The notes under the pieces are model-generated. The model was not told where the DNA came from. It saw only the letters and a program-made list of their open reading frames with translations, and searched no databases. Positions 33,838 through 34,927 of a DNA stretch of 34,927 nt are shown here, piece after piece. Made by a program: the position numbers and the translations under genes. Every line of letters starts with the position of its first letter. Position 1 is the first letter of the stretch. Source of the stretch: an uncultured Bacillales bacterium (GTDB lineage: Bacteria; Bacillota_I; Bacilli_A; RFN20; CAG-826); NCBI GenBank assembly GCA_946622925.1, contig CAMOQM010000001.1, forward strand, positions 1-34,927, in the 5' to 3' direction.

Positions 33838-34835
33838 TGGCCCTCAACATCGCTTATACCAAAGCTAGATTCCATAGACGGTGTTTCGCTTGTCTATTAG
33901 ATTTCTTTATCCTCCTTTTGGTGTTTTTTGCTTCCTTTATCGGGGCTAGGGCCATCGTTCAAGCCACGCCTAGTTACCAAGAAAAGGATAATGCCTTATT
34001 GACTATCCGCGCTGAAAGCGGGCTTTACCATAATTACGTCGATTCCAAACGGAGCATCGATATCGTTTCCTACATCAACGAAGAAGGCTTCGATGGCTAT
34101 AACAAGTGGAAACGGGCTAATGACGCGATCAATACCTTCATCGCCTACACCAAAGACCACGGTATGCCCGATTCCTATGCCAAGGTATCTAAGTCCTATG
34201 ACGATTATCGCCTTGATCCCAAACGGACCTATAAGGATGTGGCCATGTTTATCAAAAACGAGCAAGGGGAGATCGTCGAAAATCCCGCTTTTATCGAGAA
34301 GTCGACCTTAACTATTCGTTATGAACAGGCTTATGCCCCTTTCATCGATTTCTATCTCCAAGCCTATTTAGTCACTGAAATACCTAATTACAACGAATTA
34401 GTCCATTATCAGTCCAATATGCTTTTCTTTGCCGAGATAATCCCGGCTTATGCATTTTCTGGAATCATCGTTTATTTAGTGCCCGTCTTTATCTTTAGAC
34501 GGGGCAGGATGACTTTTGGTAAGCGCCTTTATAACATCGCTACTTTAGATAGCCGCTTATTGGTGCCTAAGGTGGGAAGAACTCTAGCGAGGTTTGCCAT
34601 CTTCTACTTTGCTGAGTTCTTGCTTACTCCCTTTACCTTCGGTGTTCCCTTAATCGTATCCTTCTCCATGATGGCCTTTACCAAGAGTAAGCAAAGCTTC
34701 CCCGATTATATGCTTAAGTTAGTCGAAGTCGACTGCGTCGGAACTAAGGTTTATTTCGATAAGGCCGAGATTTCGGTAAATGATATCCCCGGCATGGGTA
34801 AGCCCCTGGATTTCAAAATGGAACAAGAACCCTGA
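33837..34835 (+). CDS. RDD-like polytopic membrane protein (paralogue-like neighbour)
   Basis: RRCFACLLDFFILLLVFFASFIG motif, same architecture as the upstream gene. Its start overlaps the upstream stop (TAATG). Confidence 0.5.
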   Translation: MALNIAYTKARFHRRCFACLLDFFILLLVFFASFIGARAIVQATPSYQEKDNALLTIRAESGLYHNYVDSKRSIDIVSYINEEGFDGYNKWKRANDAINTFIAYTKDHGMPDSYAKVSKSYDDYRLDPKRTYKDVAMFIKNEQGEIVENPAFIEKSTLTIRYEQAYAPFIDFYLQAYLVTEIPNYNELVHYQSNMLFFAEIIPAYAFSGIIVYLVPVFIFRRGRMTFGKRLYNIATLDSRLLVPKVGRTLARFAIFYFAEFLLTPFTFGVPLIVSFSMMAFTKSKQSFPDYMLKLVEVDCVGTKVYFDKAEISVNDIPGMGKPLDFKMEQEP

Positions 34836-34843
34836 GTTAGATT

Positions 34844-34927
34844 ATGGAAGATTTAGAAACATTACTAAAGCAGTATAAACATTATCAGGACATGCACCTG
34901 GATTTGAACATGGCGCGCAGCAAACCC
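34844..34927 (+). CDS. 5' end of a gene (runs off the window), possibly a class I/II aminotransferase of the Asp-aminotransferase-like family
   Basis: MEDLETLLKQYKHYQDMHLDLNMARSKP. The L-D-L/M-x-R-G/S-K-P motif after a short N-terminal helix is what I remember from that family. Only 28 codons are visible. Confidence 0.3.
   Translation, partial: MEDLETLLKQYKHYQDMHLDLNMARSKP

Overview
The window looks like chromosomal DNA from a moderate-GC, lipoprotein-rich organism, either Mollicutes/Acholeplasma-like or a related Bacillota lineage. It uses the standard code: TGA ends several well-bounded genes and all Trp codons checked are TGG. No rRNA, tRNA or CRISPR array was seen.

Core content:
- The str operon rpsL-rpsG-fusA-tuf (6.6-10.9 kb).
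- A probable PPi-dependent phosphofructokinase.
- A DnaB-C-terminal-domain-only ATPase co-transcribed with gpsA.
- pncA-pncB.
- A nine-gene operon of about 13 kb (17.8-30.8 kb). It encodes a BspA-LRR-like membrane protein, a MalK/UgpC-type ABC ATPase with an insertion of about 270 aa, two permeases, two paralogous solute-binding lipoproteins, a staphylococcal-nuclease-domain lipoprotein, a zinc-ribbon membrane protein and an Ig/OB-like lipoprotein.
- Two tandem RDD-like membrane proteins and the start of an aminotransferase-like gene.

Accessory content:
1. A visibly GC-rich left edge (1-1.2 kb) with the tail of a PT-linker/CBM-like protein and a decapitated, frameshifted ISL3 transposase relic.
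2. An AT-richer island (1.2-6.4 kb) just upstream of the str operon. It holds a mosaic lipoprotein, an AbiH-like gene, a DUF3990-like gene with an HTH-bearing partner, and a DUF1778/GNAT (TacA/TacT-like) toxin-antitoxin pair.
3. A second, rearranged DUF3990-like module just downstream of tuf. Here the HTH is fused to the DUF3990 protein and the partner gene is interrupted by one in-frame TGA.
4. An orphan Phd/YefM antitoxin with a 15-codon toxin stub.
5. A terminator-bracketed single-gene cassette encoding an AAA+ / PD-(D/E)xK protein, preceded by a 4 x 10-bp tandem repeat.

The best candidate for an undescribed system is the twice-occurring DUF3990-like/partner/HTH module. It has toxin-antitoxin-like architecture and an H-G-S / G-F-Y / Q-x-V motif set reminiscent of H-Y-[EDQ] ADP-ribosyltransferases. 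All family assignments are by eye from motifs; no searches were run.
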